From Candidatus Fervidifonticultor quintus (GTDB lineage: Bacteria; Sysuimicrobiota; Sysuimicrobiia; Sysuimicrobiales; Humicultoraceae), in assembly GCA_031459535.1 (NCBI GenBank), contig JAVKIJ010000001.1:68503-132502 (forward strand): a DNA stretch of 64,000 nt. Reading direction: 5' to 3'. The notes under the pieces were generated by a model. That model had not been told where the DNA came from. It saw nothing but the letters and a program-made list of their open reading frames with translations, and searched no databases. Of the stretch, positions 1 through 7,468 are shown in pieces. Made by a program: the position numbers and the translations under genes. How positions within the stretch are numbered: position 1 is the stretch's first letter; the number at the start of each line of letters is the position of its first letter.

Positions 1-447
1 GCGGTGCGCCGCAAGGTGGCCGCCGCCCTCGCCAACGAGCTCATCCCGATCCTGTGCGTGGGGGAGTCGCTGGAGGAACGGGAGGATGGGCGGACCGAGC
101 GGATCGTGCAGACCCAGGCGCGCATCGGTACCCTGGAGGTGCCCGACGGCCAGGCGGGCCAGCTGGTCATCGCCTACGAGCCGGTGTGGGCCATCGGGAC
201 CGGCCACCCGGCCACCGGGCAGGAGGCCAATCGGATCGCCGGCCTGATCCGTGGCTGGCTACGACAGTGGTTCGGGAGTGCCGCCGAGGCCGTGCGGGTC
301 CTTTACGGGGGCAGCGTGACGCCGGAGACCATTGCCGAGTTCGCCGGTCAGCCCGAGATCGACGGCGCGCTGGTCGGCGGCGCCAGTCTCGATGCGGACG
401 CGTTCGCCAGCATTGTGAGGACGGTGGCCGAGCAGAAGAGATCCTGA
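1..447 (+). CDS. tpiA: Triosephosphate isomerase, C-terminal part (5' end outside window)
   Basis: AYEPVWAIGTG, LYGGSV and DGALVGGASL motifs. Confidence 0.97.
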   Translation, partial: AVRRKVAAALANELIPILCVGESLEEREDGRTERIVQTQARIGTLEVPDGQAGQLVIAYEPVWAIGTGHPATGQEANRIAGLIRGWLRQWFGSAAEAVRVLYGGSVTPETIAEFAGQPEIDGALVGGASLDADAFASIVRTVAEQKRS

Positions 448-458
448 CCGGGCTCCGC

Positions 459-899
459 CTACGACTCCACCGTTACCCGCACCGGGCGCGGCCGCACCGC
501 GGGGTTCTTGGGCAGGATGATCTCCAACACGCCTGACCGCAGGGATGCCTTCACCCCCGATGCGTCAATCTCCACGGGGAACTCCACCAGGCGGGCAAAC
601 TTCCCTGACAGGCGCTCACAGCACAGGTAGCCCTCGGGCCTGCCTTCTGCCGGCCTCCGCTCGCCGCGTAGGGACAGCACCGCGCCTTCTACAGAGATCT
701 CCAGGTCCTCGGCTCGCACCCCGGGGAGGTCTGCGCGGACCACGAAGTGCTCGCCGCCGTCGTACACGTCCACCTCGGGCGCGAACACGTACTCGGCCTG
801 CCCACCCCGCGCGCCGGCTCTGCCCTCGATGCGCATCGGATGCCAGCCCATGCGACCGTACGGCCCTTGCCGCCACGGTCCGGTTCCCCATGTCTTCAT
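459..899 (-). CDS. Hsp20/alpha-crystallin small heat shock protein
   Basis: PEVDVYD, ADLPGV, ERLSGKFAR and ASLRSGVLEI motifs; ATG at 899 preceded by GGAGGA. Confidence 0.9.
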   Translation of the reverse strand: MKTWGTGPWRQGPYGRMGWHPMRIEGRAGARGGQAEYVFAPEVDVYDGGEHFVVRADLPGVRAEDLEISVEGAVLSLRGERRPAEGRPEGYLCCERLSGKFARLVEFPVEIDASGVKASLRSGVLEIILPKNPAVRPRPVRVTVES

Positions 900-942
900 G
901 CGCGTGTCCTCCTGTGGCAGGCGCACTCACTGACACCCTGGA

Positions 943-1392
943 TCATGGTCCGCTCACCGCCGGGTACCCTGCCGCGACCCAGGCCTGGATGCCGCCCGCC
1001 ATGCTGGTCACCTTCGTGTACCCGGCGCGGCGCAGGATGTCTCGACCCTGGCGGCTCCGATTGCCAGTTCGACAGACGACGACCACGTCCCGATCGCTTG
1101 GCACCTCGTTGACCCTCGACGCCAGGGCGCCCAGCGGAATCAGCGTGGACCCGGGAATGTGCACCTGGTGCCACTCCTGGGGTTCGCGCACATCGAGGAT
1201 GAACGCCCCGTTCCCACGCCTGGCGGCGGCCTCGGCTGTCGAGATCTCGTCTGGATACGACGCGCGACCGCTGCCTCGCAGCCCCCAGGTCGCTGCTGCG
1301 GCCACGGCCAGGAGCACCACGAGGCCGACGACCAGATAACCGGTCGTTGACGGCTGCTGGGCACCGCCTCGCCTCGTCGTCCTCAAGCTCAT
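943..1392 (-). CDS. Rhodanese-like sulfurtransferase with N-terminal TM/signal segment
   Basis: LDVREPQEW, HIPGS, active-site loop CRTGNRS, GGIQAW. Confidence 0.9.
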   Translation of the reverse strand: MSLRTTRRGGAQQPSTTGYLVVGLVVLLAVAAAATWGLRGSGRASYPDEISTAEAAARRGNGAFILDVREPQEWHQVHIPGSTLIPLGALASRVNEVPSDRDVVVVCRTGNRSRQGRDILRRAGYTKVTSMAGGIQAWVAAGYPAVSGP

Positions 1393-1430
1393 CGGTTCAC
1401 CTCGGTCACCAACGCTGTGGAGGGCGCTGT

Positions 1431-1473
1431 GTCCCGCGCCGGCACCCGGCCGGCGCTAGAACCGGACCCCTCA
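1431..1473 (-). promoter_or_regulatory. Candidate bacterial SECIS element
   Basis: After the UGA: 8-bp stem GCGCCGGC/GCCGGCGC closing loop CGGGU, loop 22 nt after the UGA, plus a GUCC/GGAC lower pairing. Confidence 0.5.
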
Positions 1474-1674
1474 GCCCCCTCCGGTCGAGCACGCGCCCTC
1501 CCCGCCGCCCGCCGTGGAGCGGCCGCGGCCGATGGCCGCGAACGCCGAGATCCTGCGTCTGATCTGCTGGCTGCCGCAGTGGGGACAGCCGACGTCCTTG
1601 ACTTCGCTGTGGCTCCAGACCAGCGCCTCGAAGGCCTCGCCGCACGACTGACAGGTGAATTCGTAGACCGGCAC
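1456..1674 (-). CDS. FmdB-family zinc-ribbon protein; ends at TGA 1471-1473, or at TAG 1456-1458 if the UGA is read as Sec
   Basis: MPVYEFTCQSCG...CPHCGS motif; Gly-rich tail CSTGGG-TGA-GVRF-TAG. Confidence 0.85.
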
Positions 1675-1675
1675 C

Positions 1676-2086
1676 TCACTCACCCTCCAGGAGCGCCGCC
1701 ACACGATCCAGGCGCGCCCGGGCCTCCTCGGCTATAGGGCGCAGGTCGGCAGCTCCGATCACACCCAGCATGGCCACCGGATCGACCAGCGAGACCTCGT
1801 TGACCCCGGGCTCGACCTCCGACACGGTGACGTTGCAGGGCAGCAGCAGGCCCACCGCGGGCACGACGCTCAACGCCCGGTACGCCAGCGGAGGGTTGCA
1901 CGCGCCCAGGATCGTGTACGGCCGGAACTCCACGTTGAGCTTCTGTTTCAGGGTCTCTCTCACGTCGATCGTCGTCAACACCCCGAATCCCTCGGTCTTG
2001 AGGGCGTCGGTCACCCGCGCGATCGCCTGACGGTGGTCGGCCCTGAGGCGAACCGTGCGGCCAATCGCGCTTGGCGCAACGTTCAT
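1676..2086 (-). CDS. DUF302 family protein
   Basis: EGFGVLTTIDV, YTILGACNP, GLLLPCNVTV motifs; AAGGAGG RBS. Confidence 0.88.
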   Translation of the reverse strand: MNVAPSAIGRTVRLRADHRQAIARVTDALKTEGFGVLTTIDVRETLKQKLNVEFRPYTILGACNPPLAYRALSVVPAVGLLLPCNVTVSEVEPGVNEVSLVDPVAMLGVIGAADLRPIAEEARARLDRVAALLEGE

Positions 2087-2154
2087 GGTGGTGTGCACCT
2101 CCTTGTGTGACATGGCAGCGATGACCAGTGTCCGACGAACCTCGAACGCGGCAC

Positions 2155-3543
2155 TCACTCGACCGGGAAGCCGCTCCGCACCCAGGCGGCAGTGCCTCCG
2201 CTGACGTTGTAGACCGCGGCGAACCCTCTGTGGACCAGCAGCGCCGCCGCCGACTGGCTGCGGTTGCCGGTTTCGCAGATGACCGCCGTGGGCCGGGCCG
2301 GATCCAGCTCGCGCACCCGCTCGAGCAACTGGCCCAGCGGGAACAGCCGCGCCCCTGGCACGTGACCCTGCTCGAATTCCCAGGGCTCGCGCACGTCCAG
2401 CACGACCGGCGCGCTGCCGCCGCCCGCCCCGAGCATGGCGCGCAACGCTTCGGCGGAGAGGTCGTGCACGCCTCCGCTGGCAAGCGGAAGACCCATCGCC
2501 TGCCAGGCGTTCAACCCCCCGTTGAGACAACCGAGTACTTGCTCGAATCCCACACGGGCCAGCGCCAGGACCACCCGGCTATACGCGGCGTGATCGTCGA
2601 GCAACAGGATCACCGGTGCATCCGCCGGGAGGACGAAGCCGCTGCGGTTGCTCAGTTGAGGATCGGCCTGCAGGTGCACCGACCCGAGGATGTGGGCCCG
2701 GACGTACTCCACCCGCGGCCGCACATCGAGCAGCACCGCGCCCTGGTCGAGGCGCGCGAGGGCTTCACCGATCGGAATGGCTCGCGGGGTGACCTCACCG
2801 AGCGGGGTCGGACCTCGTCGGTTGGCCTGTTTGATCCACGCGTGGTTGGCCGGCTGTTCCGGTAGCCGGTCAGTGGCGAACTGGACGAAGCCGGGCTTCG
2901 GGCGCGGGCGCAGCGCCGGGTTGAACCGCCGCTCGAATCCCAGGGTCGTGGTCGGCATGGCGCCGATAGACCTGCCGCACAACGATCCCTTGCCGTGCCC
3001 CGGGTAGACCAGCACGCTGTCGGGCAGCGCCAGGAGCCTGCCGAACAGGCTGTCGTACAGGTGGCCCGCAAGCTCGCGCGCCGCGTCCAGGCCGACCAGG
3101 TCCGGCCGGCCCACGTCGCCTACGAAGAGCGTGTCGCCGGTAAACGCCAGCCACGGTTCGCCCGAGCGCCGCAGGTCGGCCGCCAGCACTGTGACGCTGT
3201 CAGGCGTGTGCCCCGGCGTATGACGCACCTGCAGCCGCGCCGTGCCGAGCTCGAGGATGTCGCCGTCTCGCATCGGAGCGTGCGGAAACTCGGCGCGGCC
3301 AGCCTCGTGGACGCAGATGGTCGCCCCGGTCCGCGCGGCCAGATCGGTATTGCCGGAGATGTGATCGGCGTGGAGGTGCGTTTCGATGATGTGGCTAATG
3401 CGCGCGCCGCGGGCCGCGACGGCGTCCAGGTACCGTCTGGTGTCGCGGTCGGGATCAATGACCGCCGCGACGCCGTGCACCTCGCAGCCGATCAGGTACG
3501 ACGCGCACCCGAGCCCATCCACGGTGAACTGCTGGACGTACAT
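2155..3543 (-). CDS. MBL-fold persulfide dioxygenase-like protein fused to two rhodanese domains (CstB-like)
   Basis: THLHADH, GHT, GDTLFVGDVGRPDL, PGHGKGSLCG; C-terminal rhodanese with CETGNRS. Confidence 0.9.
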   Translation of the reverse strand: MYVQQFTVDGLGCASYLIGCEVHGVAAVIDPDRDTRRYLDAVAARGARISHIIETHLHADHISGNTDLAARTGATICVHEAGRAEFPHAPMRDGDILELGTARLQVRHTPGHTPDSVTVLAADLRRSGEPWLAFTGDTLFVGDVGRPDLVGLDAARELAGHLYDSLFGRLLALPDSVLVYPGHGKGSLCGRSIGAMPTTTLGFERRFNPALRPRPKPGFVQFATDRLPEQPANHAWIKQANRRGPTPLGEVTPRAIPIGEALARLDQGAVLLDVRPRVEYVRAHILGSVHLQADPQLSNRSGFVLPADAPVILLLDDHAAYSRVVLALARVGFEQVLGCLNGGLNAWQAMGLPLASGGVHDLSAEALRAMLGAGGGSAPVVLDVREPWEFEQGHVPGARLFPLGQLLERVRELDPARPTAVICETGNRSQSAAALLVHRGFAAVYNVSGGTAAWVRSGFPVE

Positions 3544-3578
3544 GACCGCCCCCTCCGCGCCTCGGGCGTGTCAGGGCC

Positions 3579-3863
3579 CTACCGCAGCATCAGAAACACC
3601 TTCCGCAGGCGCGCCATGTTTGCCCGAGCCTGCGGAGTGCCCCCGGCGTCTGTGCGCAGACACTTCTCCATGCCGGCGGCGATCAGGTCGATCGCCACCC
3701 GATCCAGCGCGGCCCGCGCCGCCGCCACCTGCTGGGCCACATCGGCACAGTCGCGACCCTCAGCCAGCATCCGCTGGAGGCCCTGGACCTGCCCTTCAAC
3801 CCGGCGCAGCCTGCGGATGATCTCGTCGACCTCGGGCTCCCCCAGCTGCAGCACCGGCGTCAT
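3579..3863 (-). CDS. CsoR/RcnR-family repressor, CstR-like (persulfide sensing)
   Basis: RLRRVEGQVQGL..RDCADV..QVAA; second Cys in GMEKC lacks the Cu-ligand His of CsoR. Confidence 0.88.
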   Translation of the reverse strand: MTPVLQLGEPEVDEIIRRLRRVEGQVQGLQRMLAEGRDCADVAQQVAAARAALDRVAIDLIAAGMEKCLRTDAGGTPQARANMARLRKVFLMLR

Positions 3864-3875
3864 CGTCTTCTCCTG

Positions 3876-4541
3876 CTACGCAGCGTTCAGGATCTCAGCC
3901 AGGAACGCGGCCTCCGGCTGGGCACCTTCGAAGCCGCCGGTCTCGTTGATAACGACCTTCGGCACCCCGTAGACATGGTAACGGGCTGCCAACTCGGGGA
4001 ACTCCATGGCCTCGTACACATCGGCCCGAATCCGGGCTGACTCCTGCGCAAACGCGTGCGCCAGGCGCGCGGCCTTGGGGCAGTAGGGACAGGTCGGCGT
4101 CACGAAGACTTTGAGGTGCACATCCCTCTGGAGGCTGGCCAGCGCTGCCCGGGTCTGCGCCGACAGCCCGCTGTCGCCGCGGGAGACCGCCACTAAGTCG
4201 TCGAGGAAAGCCGCGAACTCGAACCCCGACGGGATCCCGTAGTACCGTAGGTTGTTCTGGCCGTTGCGGCCGATCAGCACCGCCGGCAGGTGCTCGATGG
4301 CCAGGGCGCGGGCGGTGACCGGGTCGCCGGCCGTGCTGTGGACCTGCAGGCGAATGCGGGGGTCGAGGGCCGCGACCTCCTCGAGGAGCTGCCTGGTGGT
4401 TTCGCAAGTCTCGCAGTCGCGGCCGGGAACCGCCAGGCCCCCGATAGTGTTGACGAAGAGCCTCACCGTGACGTCGCCGGCTAGCTCAGCCTGGAGCCGC
4501 TGCCGGACCTGCTCGGCCTGCTTGGCGCTCATGAGAGCCAT
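3876..4541 (-). CDS. Protein-disulfide oxidoreductase (two thioredoxin folds; AhpF-NTD/PDO-like)
   Basis: CETC and CPYC motifs, GIPSGFEF, VYGVP. Confidence 0.88.
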   Translation of the reverse strand: MALMSAKQAEQVRQRLQAELAGDVTVRLFVNTIGGLAVPGRDCETCETTRQLLEEVAALDPRIRLQVHSTAGDPVTARALAIEHLPAVLIGRNGQNNLRYYGIPSGFEFAAFLDDLVAVSRGDSGLSAQTRAALASLQRDVHLKVFVTPTCPYCPKAARLAHAFAQESARIRADVYEAMEFPELAARYHVYGVPKVVINETGGFEGAQPEAAFLAEILNAA

Positions 4542-4588
4542 TGCGCATCGCTCCTTCCCAGGAATGTTCCCAGACGCGGGCATAACCG

Positions 4589-4631
4589 TACCCTGTAGGG
4601 TATAATAGCAAACGTCTTGCGGATCTGTCAA
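4589..4631 (-). promoter_or_regulatory. Sigma70-type promoter with overlapping CsoR/CstR-type operator
   Basis: TTGACA (4631-4626), 18 nt, TATTAT (4607-4602); palindrome TACCCT-GT-AGGGTA at 4589-4602. Confidence 0.75.
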
Positions 4632-4738
4632 CAGGCTGGCGAGGCTGGCGCCGGCGGTTGCCGGTGGCGGAGCTGGGTGGTAGGATAAGTTGACTTCGGG
4701 GGCCGCGGGGCCTCGAGGCCGCGTCTGGAGGGGTGGCG

Positions 4739-4957
4739 GTGAATGAAGTCATCCTGATCGTTCACCTGGTCGTGTCCTTGGCTCTGATCGGGATCATCCT
4801 GCTGCAGGGGCCCAAGGGCGAAGGGCTCGGCGCCATCGGCGGCAGCGCCCGGATGTTTCACGGACCGCGCCCGCGCGAGACGCTGCTCACGCGGATTACC
4901 GCCGGCGCCTCGGTGTTGTTTCTGGTGACGGGTGGACTGCTGGTCTTCTTGAAGTAG
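4739..4957 (+). CDS. secG: Preprotein translocase subunit SecG
   Basis: Two TM helices around LLQGPKGEGLG; LTRIT; tpiA-secG-tRNA-Leu context. Confidence 0.92.
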   Translation: MNEVILIVHLVVSLALIGIILLQGPKGEGLGAIGGSARMFHGPRPRETLLTRITAGASVLFLVTGGLLVFLK

Positions 4958-5037
4958 CGCGACTGGCCGCGTGGGCGCCCAGGCGGCAGTGGAGGGAGCT
5001 CTGGCAGGAGGCCTGCCAGGGCTCCTCGCGTGGTGAG

Positions 5038-5412
5038 ATGCCCCCTGTCCTTGCCATAGCCCTGATGGTGGCCGCCGCGACCGCTCCGGCGCCGTCGTGG
5101 AAGGCGCTGTACCCCGGCGCGTATGGGGTGACCGTGCCGGCTGGAAGCGTCAAGATGCTGACGCTGCCCATCCCGTCCAGGCTTGCCAGCGCCGAGCGCC
5201 CGATGAGCTTCGCCTGGATTGTCCTCCGCCCTCTTCCCATCCCGGTCATGGTCGTCATGGAGCAGTGCAACCAACCCGACGTCTGCATTCCGTTGATCAT
5301 GCGCGCGAGCGGTCAGGGGAGCGGGACGACGGTGACCACCTTCAGGGTGACCAATCGGAGCGGGCGGGCGCTGGACGTCCAGTTCCGTTACACCATCTGG
5401 GACGCGCGCTGA
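5038..5412 (+). CDS. Hypothetical secreted beta-rich protein
   Basis: Signal-peptide-like N-terminus; no recognisable family. Confidence 0.55.
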   Translation: MPPVLAIALMVAAATAPAPSWKALYPGAYGVTVPAGSVKMLTLPIPSRLASAERPMSFAWIVLRPLPIPVMVVMEQCNQPDVCIPLIMRASGQGSGTTVTTFRVTNRSGRALDVQFRYTIWDAR

Positions 5413-5433
5413 GGGCGCTGGCGTCGGCGGCGT

Positions 5434-5463
5434 TTGACACCCCGAAATCGGCGTTCCTATAAT
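5434..5463 (+). promoter_or_regulatory. Consensus sigma70 promoter for tRNA-Leu
   Basis: TTGACA 5434-5439, 18 nt, TATAAT 5458-5463. Confidence 0.8.
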
Positions 5464-5513
5464 GAAGTGCGCTTTCTCCCGACGGCCTCGGTCGGGCCCA
5501 CCGCGCGTGCAAT

Positions 5514-5599
5514 GCCGGGATGGCGGAACTTGGCAGACGCGCACGCTTGAGGGGCGTGTGGGGTTTCCCGTGGGGGTTCAAATCCCCCTCCCGGCACCA
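5514..5599 (+). tRNA. tRNA-Leu(GAG)
   Basis: GCCGGGA/TCCCGGC acceptor stem, CACGC-TTGAGGG-GCGTG anticodon arm, long variable arm, GGTTCAAATCC T-loop, encoded CCA. Confidence 0.97.
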
Positions 5600-5610
5600 A
5601 GTGTTGTCAA

Positions 5611-5657
5611 GGCGATGGAGTCCGCCTGAACCGCCCTGACGGGCTGATGGCTCCTAC
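5611..5657 (+). ncRNA. Fluoride riboswitch (crcB motif), copy 1
   Basis: GGCGATGGAGTCCGCC...GCCC-TGAC-GGGC-TGATGGCTCCTAC matches the crcB consensus including the GGAG/CTCC pseudoknot. Confidence 0.92.
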
Positions 5658-5688
5658 CCAACTCAGCGGGTAGGAGCCCTCTCTGTTC
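5649..5688 (+). terminator. Riboswitch expression-platform terminator-like hairpin
   Basis: GGCTCCTACCC/GGGTAGGAGCC stem overlapping the aptamer 3' end; weak pyrimidine tail. Confidence 0.6.
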
Positions 5689-5711
5689 CCGCTGTCAACA
5701 GAGGCGGATCC

Positions 5712-6908
5712 GTGGAGCAGGTCTGGTTCACCGCAGCCATCTGGCTTGGACTCGCCCTCATCGCCACCCTCCTGTCGATCTGGCTGCGGGTGTCCGTCGC
5801 CCTAACCGAGATCACCGTGGGCATGGTGGCCCAACTGGTCGTCGCGGGAATCGCCGGGCCGGGGGCGCTGGGTGCCCGGGAAGGATGGATCGCCTTCCTG
5901 GCCGGCCTTGGGGCGATGGTGCTCACGTTTCTGGCCGGCGCAGAACTCGACCCGGACTCCTTCCGAAGGAACTGGAAAGAGGCAACCGTCATCGGGCTCG
6001 TGGGATTCTTCGCGCCGTTTCTGGGAGCCACGTGGGCGGCGCGGGCCTTGCTGGGGTGGGGTGTCCAGGCCAGCCTGCTTGCCGGCGTCGCCCTCTCCAC
6101 CACATCGGTCGCCGTCGTCTACGCCGTACTCCTGGAGCTCGGCCTCAACCGGACTGCCTACGGCAAGATCATTCTCGCTGCCTGCTTCATCAACGATCTG
6201 GGCACGGTGGTCGCTCTGGGCCTGATCTTCGCACCGTTCACGCTGCGCAGCCTGGCGTTTGTCGTGGGCCTGGGGGCGGGCCTTGCGGTATTGGTCCGGG
6301 CCACCGGCGCGCTTTTTGGGCGGTACGGGGGGCGGACTTCAGAGCTCGAGGCCAAGCACCTGCTGTTCGGCCTCTTTGTGCTGGGCGGGCTCGCGGTATG
6401 GTCGGGCTCCGAGGCGGTGCTCCCTGCCTACCTCATCGGCATGGTCCTGGCGGGCACCGTGGGCCGTGATCAGGCCCTGGTCAGGCGGCTCCGGACGCTG
6501 ACCTTCGGGTTATTGACCCCCTTCTACTTCATCCGGGCCGGATCGTTCGTCGATGTGCCTGCGGTGGTGGCGGGTCTCGGCGTGTTCACCGTGCTCTTCC
6601 TGGCGAAAGCGGTCAGCAAGTTCGTCGGCATCTTTCCGCTGACGCGCCGGTACGGCTATCCCCACAATGAGGGCATGTACACCACGCTGTTGATGTCCAC
6701 CGGCCTGACGTTCGGCACCATCGCCGCGCTCTACGGCCTCTCTCACGACATCATCACCCAGAAGCAGTACTCGTTCCTCGTAGCCACGGTGATCGCGAGC
6801 GCTGTGGTACCCACCTGGGTGGCCAACAAGTTTTTCCTGCCGGTGCGCCATCTCCCGTCCGAGGAGGCACGCGACCCCCAAGATGCGCTGACGGCTGAGC
6901 CCGAGTAG
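5712..6908 (+). CDS. Cation:proton antiporter (CPA2/Kef-like, membrane domain only)
   Basis: Many TM helices; FLAGAELD, ALSTTSVAVV, ACFINDLG, LMSTGLTFG. Confidence 0.88.
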   Translation: MEQVWFTAAIWLGLALIATLLSIWLRVSVALTEITVGMVAQLVVAGIAGPGALGAREGWIAFLAGLGAMVLTFLAGAELDPDSFRRNWKEATVIGLVGFFAPFLGATWAARALLGWGVQASLLAGVALSTTSVAVVYAVLLELGLNRTAYGKIILAACFINDLGTVVALGLIFAPFTLRSLAFVVGLGAGLAVLVRATGALFGRYGGRTSELEAKHLLFGLFVLGGLAVWSGSEAVLPAYLIGMVLAGTVGRDQALVRRLRTLTFGLLTPFYFIRAGSFVDVPAVVAGLGVFTVLFLAKAVSKFVGIFPLTRRYGYPHNEGMYTTLLMSTGLTFGTIAALYGLSHDIITQKQYSFLVATVIASAVVPTWVANKFFLPVRHLPSEEARDPQDALTAEPE

Positions 6909-6936
6909 AGATGCAGGAATGCGGAGGGAGCGGACA

Positions 6937-7356
6937 ATGATCACGCACATCCTCATTGCTCACGACGGTTCCGATGTGGGGCGGCGGGCGGTTGAAGTCG
7001 GCACCGACCTGGCCCTGCGCTATGGGGCGAAAGCGACTCTGCTGACGGCGATTCAATATCCCGCCTATGCGGCCACGGTGGACGAGGTCCAGGGCGCCGA
7101 CGAGGAGCAGCGGGCCTTCGCCGAACGGGTCCAGCGTCAGGCGATCGAGTACGCTCGGATGCGCGGCCTCGACATGTCGGTCGCGATTGTGGCGGGCCAT
7201 CCGGCCGAGGTGATCGTGGACTATGCAGGGCAGCACGGGATTGACCTGATCGTGATGGGACATCGGGGGCTGTCCGGGTTGAGGCGGTTTCTGGTGGGCA
7301 GTGTTGCGGACCGAGTGGTGGATCACGCACCATGCATGGTGTTGGTGGTGAGGTAG
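6937..7356 (+). CDS. Universal stress protein (UspA family)
   Basis: ILIAHDGS; DLIVMGHRG...FLVGSVADRVV. Confidence 0.93.
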   Translation: MITHILIAHDGSDVGRRAVEVGTDLALRYGAKATLLTAIQYPAYAATVDEVQGADEEQRAFAERVQRQAIEYARMRGLDMSVAIVAGHPAEVIVDYAGQHGIDLIVMGHRGLSGLRRFLVGSVADRVVDHAPCMVLVVR

Positions 7357-7468
7357 GGGGCCGGGACGCGGCCCGGCGGCTGACGCCCACTGTGACCGGT
7401 GTGGGACTGACCAGCCTGTTCTTTTGACTGGAGTCATAAGCTGGTCCCGGCGCTCATCGACGCCGGGC

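Noticed and set aside
3579-3863. Copper sensor CsoR
   Set aside because: The Cu-ligand His is absent and the neighbours are sulfur-handling rather than cop genes
5575-5599. attL/attR-type duplication of the tRNA-Leu 3' end delimiting the island
   Set aside because: By eye I found no second copy and no tyrosine/serine integrase in the window, so site-specific integration is unsupported
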